A stretch of 39,515 nucleotides of DNA. Source: a virus (Duplodnaviria; Caudoviricetes). The position numbers and the translations under genes are program-made. The stretch spans positions 1-39,515 of the IMG/VR virus record IMGVR_UViG_3300025502_000060; one strand, given 5' to 3'. Under the pieces are notes generated by a model. That model was not told where the DNA came from. It did not search any database and saw only the letters and a list, made by a program, of their open reading frames with translations. This document shows, piece after piece, positions 1 through 8,637 of the stretch; the stretch's first letter is position 1; each line of letters begins with the position of its first letter.

Positions 1-1
1 C

Positions 2-166
2 AGCGGCGAGCAAAAAGATATTGACACTACAAGACACTTTGCTCAGTATGCGGCTATGCGTGAAAAACGTGGTTACTCAGATGAAGAAAGAGCTGAGATG
101 AAGGCGGCGTTTGGTGACGAAGAAGTTATTGATGTTATCACTGGTGAAATTTTAGAACTGTCATAA
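2..166 (+). CDS. 3' part of a hypothetical phage protein (runs off the left edge)
   Basis: Frame 2 is open from the window start: ...REKRGYSDEERAEMKAAFGDEEVIDVITGEILELS, TAA at 164-166; not in the ORF track. Confidence 0.7.
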   Translation, partial: SGEQKDIDTTRHFAQYAAMREKRGYSDEERAEMKAAFGDEEVIDVITGEILELS

Positions 167-173
167 AAGTTTT

Positions 174-229
174 GAGGGGTGTGTTCGGGAGGGTTTTCTA
201 CTAAGGTGCCTAAAGAAAGCATGCTCCTC
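174..229 (+). other. intergenic stem-loop (possible terminator or RNA processing structure)
   Basis: GAGGGGTGTGTT (174-185) pairs with AGCATGCTCCTC (218-229), 12 bp including 4 G-U pairs, just after a stop codon. Confidence 0.4.
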
Positions 230-249
230 TAATTAAACAGGAGAACGAT

Positions 250-510
250 ATGGGAGTTGAAATCTTAATTGGATTAACTATGGCATGGGGTGTTATTGAA
301 GGCACCCCATACGTAGCAGGCTGGTTAATAGAACGTGAACAACGTATCGAGCAAGAAGAACAGTTGCGTGCAGAAGCTGAACTAGATGAGATAGTCAGGA
401 CTAGTGGACATTTAGTTATTGAAGTTAAGACTTGGGAAGAGGTTGAAGCAGAGGAAAATGCAAGACTGCTAGAACTAGGACAAAGGGAAAGACGGGTGAT
501 TAGAAAATGA
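250..510 (+). CDS. hypothetical protein with N-terminal hydrophobic segment
   Basis: AGGAG RBS at ~239-243; ATGA overlap with the next ORF. Confidence 0.75.
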   Translation: MGVEILIGLTMAWGVIEGTPYVAGWLIEREQRIEQEEQLRAEAELDEIVRTSGHLVIEVKTWEEVEAEENARLLELGQRERRVIRK

Positions 511-767
511 GTATTAAATTGATATCAGCAATTAATTCAGCACCAAGAGATAGAGATAGTGAAACTGTTAAATTAACATTAAATGATGGCAACTATTACC
601 TAGGTTATGTCAAAGAAAAAAATAACATGTTAGGTGAACCCACAGTGTACTTTTATGTGATAGAAGACCCAGGAGGACATTCTGGAAATAATCTTTGGTT
701 AAAAGAGTGCGACATAGCAACCATTGTTCCTTGGAACGGTCATGGTCAACCAATGGTGTGGGTATGA
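507..767 (+). CDS. hypothetical protein
   Basis: ATGA-coupled at both ends. Confidence 0.75.
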   Translation: MSIKLISAINSAPRDRDSETVKLTLNDGNYYLGYVKEKNNMLGEPTVYFYVIEDPGGHSGNNLWLKECDIATIVPWNGHGQPMVWV

Positions 768-901
768 GAAGTTGTAAAGACGATATCTTTGACAAAACAG
801 GAACTATAGGATGGCTGTTTCTTACAATCACGTCAGGAACTATATTAGGACTATATTTTTCCGCCGTATGGCTAAGTCTAAAAGGAGTTAACGTCTTTTA
901 A
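764..901 (+). CDS. small hypothetical membrane protein (45 aa)
   Basis: ATG at 764 overlaps the upstream TGA (better start than 695); one hydrophobic helix GWLFLTITSGTILGLYFSAVWL. Confidence 0.6.
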   Translation: MRSCKDDIFDKTGTIGWLFLTITSGTILGLYFSAVWLSLKGVNVF

Positions 902-1179
902 TGGCAAACACCTATACATTTGAACGTAGAGTAATTTATTGTGAAACTACCTGGGTATATGCAGACAACCTAGATGAGGCATTGGAAAAATTACAAAGTG
1001 GTGATGTCGATGATTGCTTGTTGGGTGAGTATGTCGACTACTATGATGACGATTTTACTCTTGTAGAGGAATCAATTGGCCCTGCTGTTGACCCGTTAGT
1101 AGAAATGATTAAGCAGTATAGCCTACCTGAGCAGTTTGAATTATTTGATGAACTTTTTGTTAAAGAAATAAAACTATGA
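901..1179 (+). CDS. acidic hypothetical protein
   Basis: TAATG coupling with the upstream ORF; 92 aa. Confidence 0.75.
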   Translation: MANTYTFERRVIYCETTWVYADNLDEALEKLQSGDVDDCLLGEYVDYYDDDFTLVEESIGPAVDPLVEMIKQYSLPEQFELFDELFVKEIKL

Positions 1180-1200
1180 AAACTTTGGAGTTTGAATAAT

Positions 1201-1377
1201 ATGACTAAAGAAGAAGAAAGCATCGTCAGAGCCATATGGGGTGATCAAGACCCTATAGAAACTACAGAAGAAGTTGCCCAAGTTGTTGAAGGTGTGATAG
1301 CAATGGCAGAAGTTATGGCACAAAAATGGGACGAAGGTCTAACAGTAGCCTTTGATGCACCTATTAATTTACATTAG
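1201..1377 (+). CDS. small acidic hypothetical protein
   Basis: GGAG upstream of ATG 1201 (alternative TTG start at 1192). Confidence 0.65.
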   Translation: MTKEEESIVRAIWGDQDPIETTEEVAQVVEGVIAMAEVMAQKWDEGLTVAFDAPINLH

Positions 1378-1384
1378 AAAGTGA

Positions 1385-1413
1385 TTGACAAATGGTCATT
1401 TTGGTGCTATAAT
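1385..1413 (+). promoter_or_regulatory. sigma70-type promoter
   Basis: TTGACA (1385-1390), 17 nt spacer, TATAAT (1408-1413): perfect consensus upstream of the AAA ATPase. Confidence 0.85.
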
Positions 1414-1458
1414 GTTTTTGTAAGTTAGAAATTAGACAAATTTAGTTAGGAGCGAAAT

Positions 1459-2550
1459 ATGTCAGCAACAGAAAACAGAACTGTTACCAGCGAAGAAGCA
1501 CAAGTAGCCATCCGTAGATGTTTTGATCGTAAGCGTCCAATTTTTCTTTGGGGTCCTCCGGGCATTGGTAAGTCAGAGTTAGTGCAAACTATCACTGATG
1601 AGATGGGCGGACACATGATTGATCTACGTTTGGGTCAAATGGATCCAACAGATATCCGTGGTATTCCTTTTTACAACAAAGAAAACGGACTAATGGATTG
1701 GGCACCTCCAATCGATTTACCTAGCAAAGAATTAGCCGCAAAGTATCCTATCATTGTATTATTCTTTGATGAGATGAATTCAGCGGCCCCTAGTGTACAG
1801 GCCGCGGCTTATCAGTTAGTGCTTAACAGACGTATTGGTAAGTACGAACTTCCTGATAATGTTGTAATGGTAGCGGCAGGTAATAGAGAAGGTGACAAGG
1901 GTGTTACTTACAGGATGCCTGCACCGTTAAGCAATCGTTTTATCCATTTGGAAATGCGTGTAGATTTTGAATCGTGGCAGAAGTGGGCAGTTACCAACAA
2001 CATACATAAAGATGTTGTAGGGTATGTATCGTTTGCTAAACAAGATTTATTTGATTTTGATCCTAAGTCTAGCTCACGTGCATTTGCTACTCCGCGGTCA
2101 TGGACGTTTGTTAGTGAACTGTTAGGGGATAATCTTCCATCTAACGTTGAAACTGATTTAGTGTCTGGTACAGTCGGAGATGGAACTGCTGTTAAATTTA
2201 TGGCGCATAGAAAGATAGCAGGGAAAATGCCCAATCCAACTGACATATTAAATGGCAAGGTAAAAAGTCTTGATGTTAAAGAAATATCAGCTATGTATTC
2301 ATTGACAGTGAGCATGTGTTATGAGCTCAAGGCCTACAATGAGAAAGAAGGAAAGAATGTTGACGAATGGCACGGCATGGTAGATAATTTCTTTAGTTTT
2401 ATGATGGCTAATTTTACTACAGAACTTACTGTTATGGGTGCTAGAGTAGCCCTTACAGTTTACAACTTACCGTTTGTTCCAAACAAACTTAAGACGTTTG
2501 ATGAGTTCCATAAACGTTTTGGTAAGTACATCGTTCAAGCAGTAGCATAG
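1459..2550 (+). CDS. MoxR-like AAA+ ATPase
   Basis: Walker A GPPGIGKS, Walker B LFFDEMN, sensor AAGN, arginine finger PLSNRF; next to a VWA gene. Confidence 0.9.
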   Translation: MSATENRTVTSEEAQVAIRRCFDRKRPIFLWGPPGIGKSELVQTITDEMGGHMIDLRLGQMDPTDIRGIPFYNKENGLMDWAPPIDLPSKELAAKYPIIVLFFDEMNSAAPSVQAAAYQLVLNRRIGKYELPDNVVMVAAGNREGDKGVTYRMPAPLSNRFIHLEMRVDFESWQKWAVTNNIHKDVVGYVSFAKQDLFDFDPKSSSRAFATPRSWTFVSELLGDNLPSNVETDLVSGTVGDGTAVKFMAHRKIAGKMPNPTDILNGKVKSLDVKEISAMYSLTVSMCYELKAYNEKEGKNVDEWHGMVDNFFSFMMANFTTELTVMGARVALTVYNLPFVPNKLKTFDEFHKRFGKYIVQAVA

Positions 2551-2555
2551 TTTAC

Positions 2556-2629
2556 AGGAAGGGTGTTAGGAACGGTCCAACTGCTCCTAACTTACACAAG
2601 CTGGGCCCCTGGCACTCTTCCTCCTTTTT
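2556..2629 (+). other. structured intergenic RNA or possible terminator with an alternative fold
   Basis: 15-bp stem 2556-2570/2608-2622 (3 G-U) followed by CCTTTTT; competing hairpin 2565-2571/2585-2591. Confidence 0.5.
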
Positions 2630-2631
2630 AG

Positions 2632-2660
2632 TTGACTTTTGGTTAAATTGAATGTATAAT
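2632..2660 (+). promoter_or_regulatory. sigma70-type promoter
   Basis: TTGACT (2632-2637), 17 nt spacer, TATAAT (2655-2660). Confidence 0.8.
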
Positions 2661-2690
2661 ACATATATACAATAAAGGAATGAGCCGACA

Positions 2691-3974
2691 ATGTCCAAGA
2701 ATACTACAGCAAATAAAGACTTCAAAAATTACGTAGGCTGTAAAACAAATCCACAAACAGATGCAGAAGTACGTGAAAAGATTGTTGGCGCACGTGTCGC
2801 GCTATTGCTCAAGGCACCGTTCTTTGGTAACTTAGCTACTCGTTTACAGATAGTCAACGCTGATGCATGGTGCGGTACTGCGGCAACAGATGGTCGTAAA
2901 CTTTACTACAATTCAGAGTTCCTTAAAAAGATGCCTGCTAAACAATTAGAATTCCTTATTGGACACGAAGTATTACATTGTGTATATGATCATATGGGTC
3001 GTCGTGGAGACCGTGATCCTAGATTGTGGAATATCGCTGATGACTATTGTGTTAACCAAGATCTAGTAGATCAAAAAATTGGCGAAAAGATTCCAGTTGG
3101 TCTGTATGATGAAAAGTACCGTGGCATGAGTGCCGAAGAAGTATATGATGACTTATATCAAAATGCTGAAAAAATTGACATAGAGGATTTAATAGATAAA
3201 CTATTAGATGAACATTTAGACGGAGATGATAACGATGATTCCAGCGAATCTAAAGACGCGGAAGGAGATAGCAAAGATAAAAGACAAGGTCGCCCTAAGC
3301 TATCAGAAGATGAGAAGAAACAGATCAGAGACGAATTAAAAGAAGCAGTGCTGTCAGCGGCGCAGACCGCAGGCGCAGGGAACTTGCCAAGTGGTATTAG
3401 GAAAATGATTAATGATTTAACAGCACCACAATTAAATTGGCGCGAGCTGTTACAGCAACAGATACAAAGTACTGTTAGGGCAGACTATAGTTTTAACCGA
3501 GTAAGTCGACGAGGATGGCACATGGATGCTATACTTCCCGGAACTGAGTTTGAAAAAGAAATTGATATATGTGTATCAATTGATTCGTCTGGTTCAATGA
3601 ATGATGAAATGCTTACTGACATTAAAAGTGAAGTTAAAGGCATTATGGACAGCTACGGTAGTTTTAATCTCCACTTATGGAGTTTTGACACTAAAGTACA
3701 TAATCTACAAGTATTTACTCAAGACAATATCGATGAACTATTAGACTATCAAGTGTTTGGTGGTGGCGGGACTGATTTTGCAACTAATTGGGAATTCATG
3801 AAAGAAGAAGGTATTGTACCTAAGAAATTTGTAATGTTTACAGATGGTTATCCTTGGGACACCTGGGGAGATCCTAACTACTGTGATACCTTGTTTGTTA
3901 TTCATGGATCAACTTCAATCGAAGCACCATTTGGCATTACTACCTATTACGATTTAGATAAGAGCAATAAATAA
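2691..3974 (+). CDS. DUF2201-type putative metallopeptidase with VWA-like domain
   Basis: TAATDG and HEVLH (HExxH) in the N-terminal part, acidic linker, MIDAS-like DSSGS, GGGGTDF and FTDG in the C-terminal part. Confidence 0.88.
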   Translation: MSKNTTANKDFKNYVGCKTNPQTDAEVREKIVGARVALLLKAPFFGNLATRLQIVNADAWCGTAATDGRKLYYNSEFLKKMPAKQLEFLIGHEVLHCVYDHMGRRGDRDPRLWNIADDYCVNQDLVDQKIGEKIPVGLYDEKYRGMSAEEVYDDLYQNAEKIDIEDLIDKLLDEHLDGDDNDDSSESKDAEGDSKDKRQGRPKLSEDEKKQIRDELKEAVLSAAQTAGAGNLPSGIRKMINDLTAPQLNWRELLQQQIQSTVRADYSFNRVSRRGWHMDAILPGTEFEKEIDICVSIDSSGSMNDEMLTDIKSEVKGIMDSYGSFNLHLWSFDTKVHNLQVFTQDNIDELLDYQVFGGGGTDFATNWEFMKEEGIVPKKFVMFTDGYPWDTWGDPNYCDTLFVIHGSTSIEAPFGITTYYDLDKSNK

Positions 3975-3979
3975 ACACA

Positions 3980-5227
3980 ATGGGTCAAGACTACAATGAT
4001 AAATTTCCAATTAAAACCAATACTGCCTGTAATAGTAAATGGACTTGGAGTACCATATGGCTAAACAAAGGTGAAACATCAAGTTGCCATAGGATTGATT
4101 CAGTGCCAATTGGTGGTCCAGAGAATTTTAATAACTTCCACAATCTTCCTAAAAAGATAGCTGATAGAGAATTAATGCTTAAAGGTGAATGGCCAACTGG
4201 CGGATGTGAATATTGTCAAAAAATTGAAGTAGCAGGTGGTCACAGTGATCGACAACACAACAACGATATTGGCGGCTATATTCCTATTGAATTAAAAACA
4301 AATCCTATTGCTACACATGTAACTCCACGCATAATAGAAATATTTGCACACAACACGTGTAACTTTAAATGTGTTTACTGTGCAGAAGATCTGAGTAGTC
4401 AGATAGAAACAGAAAACAAAAAATATGGTCATGACAACGGCGTTGTTAATATAAAGACAGTCAGCGATTTAGCTGTTGATGCTTATTATAATAAATTTAT
4501 GGAGTGGTTAGAGGATAACATTCAAGGATTAGCACGACTACATCTATTAGGTGGAGAAACACTGATACAACACGATCTTATTAATAAGATATTTGACATC
4601 ATTGAACGTAACCCTTGCCCTGATCTACAACTTAATATATTCAGCAATTTTAATGCGCCAGAAAAACATTGGGTCGCATATACTAATAAAATTAAAGACT
4701 ATTGCCTGTCAGGAAATCTGGGTCGATTTGATCTTACTTGTAGCCTTGATTGTTGGGGGCCGCAGGCTGAATATGTGCGTAATGGATTAGACCTTAACAT
4801 ATTAGAAAGTCGTTTGGCATGGGCCGCGGAACAAAGCGAAGATTGGCTATACTTAAATATTAATCAAACAGTTAGTAGCATGACTATTAAGACCATGCCT
4901 CAACTCATCAAAAAGATAAATCAATATGGACAGCACAGACACATTGGTCATTACTTTATGTTTGTAGATGGTTATAAATTTCAACACCCAGATATATTTG
5001 ATTACAGCATGTGGGCTGATGATTTTGATAAAATATTTTCAACTATGCAAGATAAAACTTTTGAGCATAAAGAAGCATTGCTTAGGATGGCCGGGCTTCA
5101 AAAAAGATTGCAAAATACGTGTAAACAAGATATAACTAAAATTAAAAAATTACACGAATACTTAGATGAACTTGACAGAAGAAGGAAAACAGATTGGCGA
5201 TCTCTCTTTCCGTATTTAATCGTCTAG
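3980..5227 (+). CDS. radical SAM protein with N-terminal twitch-like Cys domain
   Basis: CNFKCVYC, LGGE; N-terminal C..KW...SCH and CEYC...SDR. Confidence 0.88.
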   Translation: MGQDYNDKFPIKTNTACNSKWTWSTIWLNKGETSSCHRIDSVPIGGPENFNNFHNLPKKIADRELMLKGEWPTGGCEYCQKIEVAGGHSDRQHNNDIGGYIPIELKTNPIATHVTPRIIEIFAHNTCNFKCVYCAEDLSSQIETENKKYGHDNGVVNIKTVSDLAVDAYYNKFMEWLEDNIQGLARLHLLGGETLIQHDLINKIFDIIERNPCPDLQLNIFSNFNAPEKHWVAYTNKIKDYCLSGNLGRFDLTCSLDCWGPQAEYVRNGLDLNILESRLAWAAEQSEDWLYLNINQTVSSMTIKTMPQLIKKINQYGQHRHIGHYFMFVDGYKFQHPDIFDYSMWADDFDKIFSTMQDKTFEHKEALLRMAGLQKRLQNTCKQDITKIKKLHEYLDELDRRRKTDWRSLFPYLIV

Positions 5228-5228
5228 T

Positions 5229-5510
5229 ATGCTTAAACAGGGAGAGCCAAATCCACTTAATGTGCACCAGCTGAGACAAGTAAATCATTGTCCTCCACAT
5301 TTTGAAAAGGTGATAGTAGATCTCCCCAAATTGGAAACAAAGCAAATAACGGATTGGCTCTACGAAAATCTTGAAGGACGTTTTTACGTAGGTATTGTAG
5401 ACGTCGTATTAGGTCTAAGCAACGTTGATCGAAAACAAATGGTGGCTTTTGAACTGCACAGCGAAGCCACTTACTTTACCCTTACCCTCCCTACCCTAGA
5501 TACTCACTAA
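5229..5510 (+). CDS. hypothetical phage protein
   Basis: 93-aa ORF tightly packed after the radical SAM gene. Confidence 0.7.
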   Translation: MLKQGEPNPLNVHQLRQVNHCPPHFEKVIVDLPKLETKQITDWLYENLEGRFYVGIVDVVLGLSNVDRKQMVAFELHSEATYFTLTLPTLDTH

Positions 5511-5572
5511 GAAATTTTTCCACCTCTCATCTGGCTGTTAAATATAATTGTCCCCTAAGGAGAATTTAACAG

Positions 5573-5920
5573 ATGGCTACAAAGAAAGATAACCGAGATT
5601 TAAATAAAGATGGTAAGGTTGATGCCGTAGAGAAATCTATCGCACGCAACAAGGGTACTACTCCCCATGCAAAACCCGAACCTGAACAAGCAACACAACC
5701 TTTATCACCCCCGGGGGAGGCGGTAGCATTAACACTTACCGACCTAGTATTAGTTGCACAGATAATTAACCTTACATCACAACGAGGTGCATTCCAAGCT
5801 GATGAGCTTGCCCAAGTCGGTGGATTGTATAATAAATTAACTAACTTCTTGCAAAGTGTTGGTGCTATAACACCAACTCCTGCACCCGAAGAAACACAAC
5901 CTAAGGAACCAAAAAAATGA
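5573..5920 (+). CDS. hypothetical phage protein with a DxNxDG loop and a helical RGAF..EL..VG core
   Basis: AAGGAG RBS, GTTAAATA box at 5537-5544, ATGA overlap with the next gene. Confidence 0.75.
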   Translation: MATKKDNRDLNKDGKVDAVEKSIARNKGTTPHAKPEPEQATQPLSPPGEAVALTLTDLVLVAQIINLTSQRGAFQADELAQVGGLYNKLTNFLQSVGAITPTPAPEETQPKEPKK

Positions 5921-6561
5921 TCAAGCATATAGGAAGACATGGCGACAAGAAAGTCGTCGTAGCATACAACCAAGTACCAGGTGAAGACCATATGGCATTA
6001 GTTATGTACAGTGATAATTTACCATCAATGATTCATGACGAAGTAATGAAAGTAGTAGAAAGTAATGGTGGTCAATCATCACAGCAGTTAGCTGATGCAC
6101 TATTTAGAAATATTATGCCAGATGGCCAAAATACATTAGGTGCAATACATAGTGGTGGTTATCTTAAAAAGGTACAGACTAAACAAGTTATCTTAACCCC
6201 TAATGCTAAAACCAGTGTTCGACTAGATGAATTAAATAAGATTCTAGAGCAAATGGCGGGCGGTGAAGAAGCTATTAAAAAATTAGCAGACATTGACGCA
6301 GGTCGTGGGTTCCGTGACCCAGAAAAAGGCCAAGGACGTGAATTAGGTGAATCATATAGGTCAGCACCTCCTCCGGTAGATACAAGTACTAGTGTACTAT
6401 CAGATGCTGATTTGGCTGACATGAATTTGACTCAGGCTAAGCAGATGGAGGCTCAGGCTAAATCATTATTAGCAGAAGCTAAACGGTTACAAAGTGAAGC
6501 AAAATCGATGACTCCAAAAAAGGTTAAAAATGTCAGAACAACCAAAAAAACCACGGCGTAG
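5917..6561 (+). CDS. hypothetical phage protein with C-terminal coiled coil and basic tail
   Basis: 214-aa ORF coupled to both neighbours. Confidence 0.8.
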   Translation: MIKHIGRHGDKKVVVAYNQVPGEDHMALVMYSDNLPSMIHDEVMKVVESNGGQSSQQLADALFRNIMPDGQNTLGAIHSGGYLKKVQTKQVILTPNAKTSVRLDELNKILEQMAGGEEAIKKLADIDAGRGFRDPEKGQGRELGESYRSAPPPVDTSTSVLSDADLADMNLTQAKQMEAQAKSLLAEAKRLQSEAKSMTPKKVKNVRTTKKTTA

Positions 6562-6871
6562 TAAAGCAAAAAAGCTCAACCTTAATAAGAGGAAGAGCTG
6601 GCAAGACATAGTCAATGGTGTTGATAAGAAAGAAGTACCAATAACTGTACTACGTCAGATATTGGTCTCATTGATCGACGGAACTACTATTACTATTAAT
6701 GTTAAAGATCTAATTGCAAACGGTCAAAAGCCAGCTGACATAGAATCTATGTTAGATGAAAAGTTTAACGAGCTAGATGAATACATCAAAAACGTTGACT
6801 TCTTTGTCGACATAGACAAAGTGTCAGACGCTATCCAACCAGAAACAGATAAGGCACTTAAAGGCCTATGA
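6530..6871 (+). CDS. hypothetical phage protein
   Basis: 113 aa, AGG RBS, ATGA overlap with DHFR. Confidence 0.75.
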   Translation: MSEQPKKPRRSKAKKLNLNKRKSWQDIVNGVDKKEVPITVLRQILVSLIDGTTITINVKDLIANGQKPADIESMLDEKFNELDEYIKNVDFFVDIDKVSDAIQPETDKALKGL

Positions 6872-7356
6872 TCTGTAGTATATTAGCCGCAACTAGTTTA
6901 GGTGGAATTGGTAACAAAGGGACACTTCCCTGGCCTAAAAATTCACAGGATCTATATTGGTTCAAGCAACACACAGAGAATGAAATCGTAATCATGGGTC
7001 GTAATACTTGGGACGACCCACTGATGCCAAAACCCCTTCCGAATCGAGTTAACTTTGTGGTCACAAATCGTAATATTAATAATATTGATGTACGTAGCAT
7101 ACAAGGTGATATTTGTGAAGAACTAAAAAATATACAAGAACGATTTCCAAAAAAGAAAGTATTTGTCATTGGTGGCAAAGAGATATATGACTCTACTGAA
7201 ACTGTTATCGAACGTGTGTACCTAACTAGAATGAAGGGTGCATGGTTTGCTGACACCCGAATTGATCTAGATAGATACCTAGCCTGTTTCCAAATTTATT
7301 CAGTCCGTCCTGGGGATAATTGCACCTACGAAATATGGAATCGAAAGTTCTTTTAG
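6868..7356 (+). CDS. folA: dihydrofolate reductase
   Basis: GIGNKGTLPW, DL.WF, VIMGRNTW, PLPNRVNFVVT, VIGG, YLTR motifs. Confidence 0.95.
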   Translation: MICSILAATSLGGIGNKGTLPWPKNSQDLYWFKQHTENEIVIMGRNTWDDPLMPKPLPNRVNFVVTNRNINNIDVRSIQGDICEELKNIQERFPKKKVFVIGGKEIYDSTETVIERVYLTRMKGAWFADTRIDLDRYLACFQIYSVRPGDNCTYEIWNRKFF

Positions 7357-7385
7357 TTGACATGTTGCATCTATCCTAGTATAAT
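7357..7385 (+). promoter_or_regulatory. sigma70-type promoter for thyA (likely leaderless transcript)
   Basis: TTGACA (7357-7362), 17 nt spacer, TATAAT (7380-7385); ATG 6 nt later, no SD. Confidence 0.8.
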
Positions 7386-7391
7386 AATACT

Positions 7392-7559
7392 ATGAAAACT
7401 TATCTAGATTCATTACAACACATATTAGACCGTGGTGAAACTCGCACTGACCGAACAGGTGTGGGTACCATTGGTGTTTTTGGCATGCAACAACGCTATG
7501 ACTTATCCAAAGGCTTTCCGGCAGTTACAACAAAGAAACTTGCGTTCAGGGCAGTTTAA
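7392..7559 (+). pseudogene. thyA: thymidylate synthase N-terminal fragment (55 aa)
   Basis: [55 protein letters not shown], with ThyA DRTG and FP..TTKK motifs; follows DHFR. Confidence 0.92.
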
Positions 7560-7622
7560 CTGTTAAAAGGAACATCGCTTAACTAATCGTCATAAATAAT
7601 ATAATACTTAGAGGGATAACAG

Positions 7623-8480
7623 ATGCAGGGAATTTATTGTATAGAACATATACTGTCTAATAGAAAATATTACGGAAGTTCAATGAATATTCCTAACCGG
7701 CTAAAACAACACCAGTCTGATTTACGTAAGAATATGCATCATAACATACAACTCCAGAGAGCATACAACAAACACGGAGTAGATGAGTTTAAGTTTTATC
7801 CAATAGAAGAGACTTATCTTAATAATAAAAAAGAACTATTATTGCATGAGCAAAGTTATTTAGATAAAAATATAGGTGGGTATAACATGGCTCCAGCTAA
7901 TGGTGGAGATTGTATAAGTAATCACCCAAATAGAGAAGATATTATTTCCCGAATAGCACAATCGGTTAATAAAAGATACGCAACATTAAGTAAAGAAGAA
8001 AGGAAAGGAATACATGGATTACCCGGAGAGAAGAACGGGATGTTTGGCAAAACGCATACAGACAAAATGAAACAAGATGCTAGTGTAAAGGCAACAGGCA
8101 ATTCTTATGCAAAAGGTACAATACGGTCACCTGACTACCGGAAAAATGCAAGTGCCAGGATGAAGGGGAAGTATGTAGGTGATAAGAACCCATTTTATAA
8201 TAAGCACCACACAGAAGAAACAAAATCAATAATTCGAGAAAAAAACTCAGGCAGTGGTAGTTGGATTAAAGGAATTAACCCCGCGTTACTTCCGTACACA
8301 AAATATTATATAATAACTTACCCTAACGGAGATACTAAGAAGGTTGCAGGATTGAAGATAATTTCGGAGGAATTTAATGTTAGCATAGAGAATGTCCATA
8401 ATACTGTTAAACGAATGTCTGAAGGAAAATTACCCACACGAAGTGTATTTGTGGGATATTTTATTAAGAAACTAATCTAA
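7623..8480 (+). mobile_element. GIY-YIG homing endonuclease with NUMOD3-like repeats
   Basis: GIYCI...KYYGSS, RL..H, E..YL..GYN; NGMFGKTHT and NPFYNKHHTEETK repeats; CATAAATA box at 7591 and GAGGGA RBS. Confidence 0.9.
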
Positions 8481-8504
8481 TGATACTGCATAACAATGGT
8501 ATAG

Positions 8505-8630
8505 CCAAGGGCACTACCGACATTATGGCTAAATCCAGACATAAAAAACATTGACAACTTCACTATGAGTGATGTTATAATACAAGATTACAATCCAATG
8601 GATTCAATACCAGCACTAATGGCAGTATAA
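8505..8630 (+). pseudogene. thyA: thymidylate synthase C-terminal fragment (41 aa)
   Basis: PRALPTLWLNPDIKNIDNFTMSDVIIQDYNPMDSIPALMAV*, with the typical ThyA ...MAV end; preceded by an in-frame TAG. Confidence 0.88.
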
Positions 8631-8633
8631 ATA
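8626..8633 (+). promoter_or_regulatory. T4-like late promoter box TATAAATA
   Basis: Exact T4 late consensus, 4 nt before ATG 8638. Confidence 0.65.
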
Positions 8634-8637
8634 CACT

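Noticed and set aside
7560-8504. Group I intron in thyA (td-like, with GIY-YIG ORF)
   Set aside because: Only 63 nt and 24 nt flank the ORF, no P7 core is recognisable, and exact splicing would give ~96 aa lacking the catalytic region
8496-8504. ATG GTA TAG in frame with the ThyA C-terminal fragment, suggesting genome-wide TAG recoding
   Set aside because: TAG is the evident stop of full-length genes (2550, 7356, 12066, 35416), so the standard code applies
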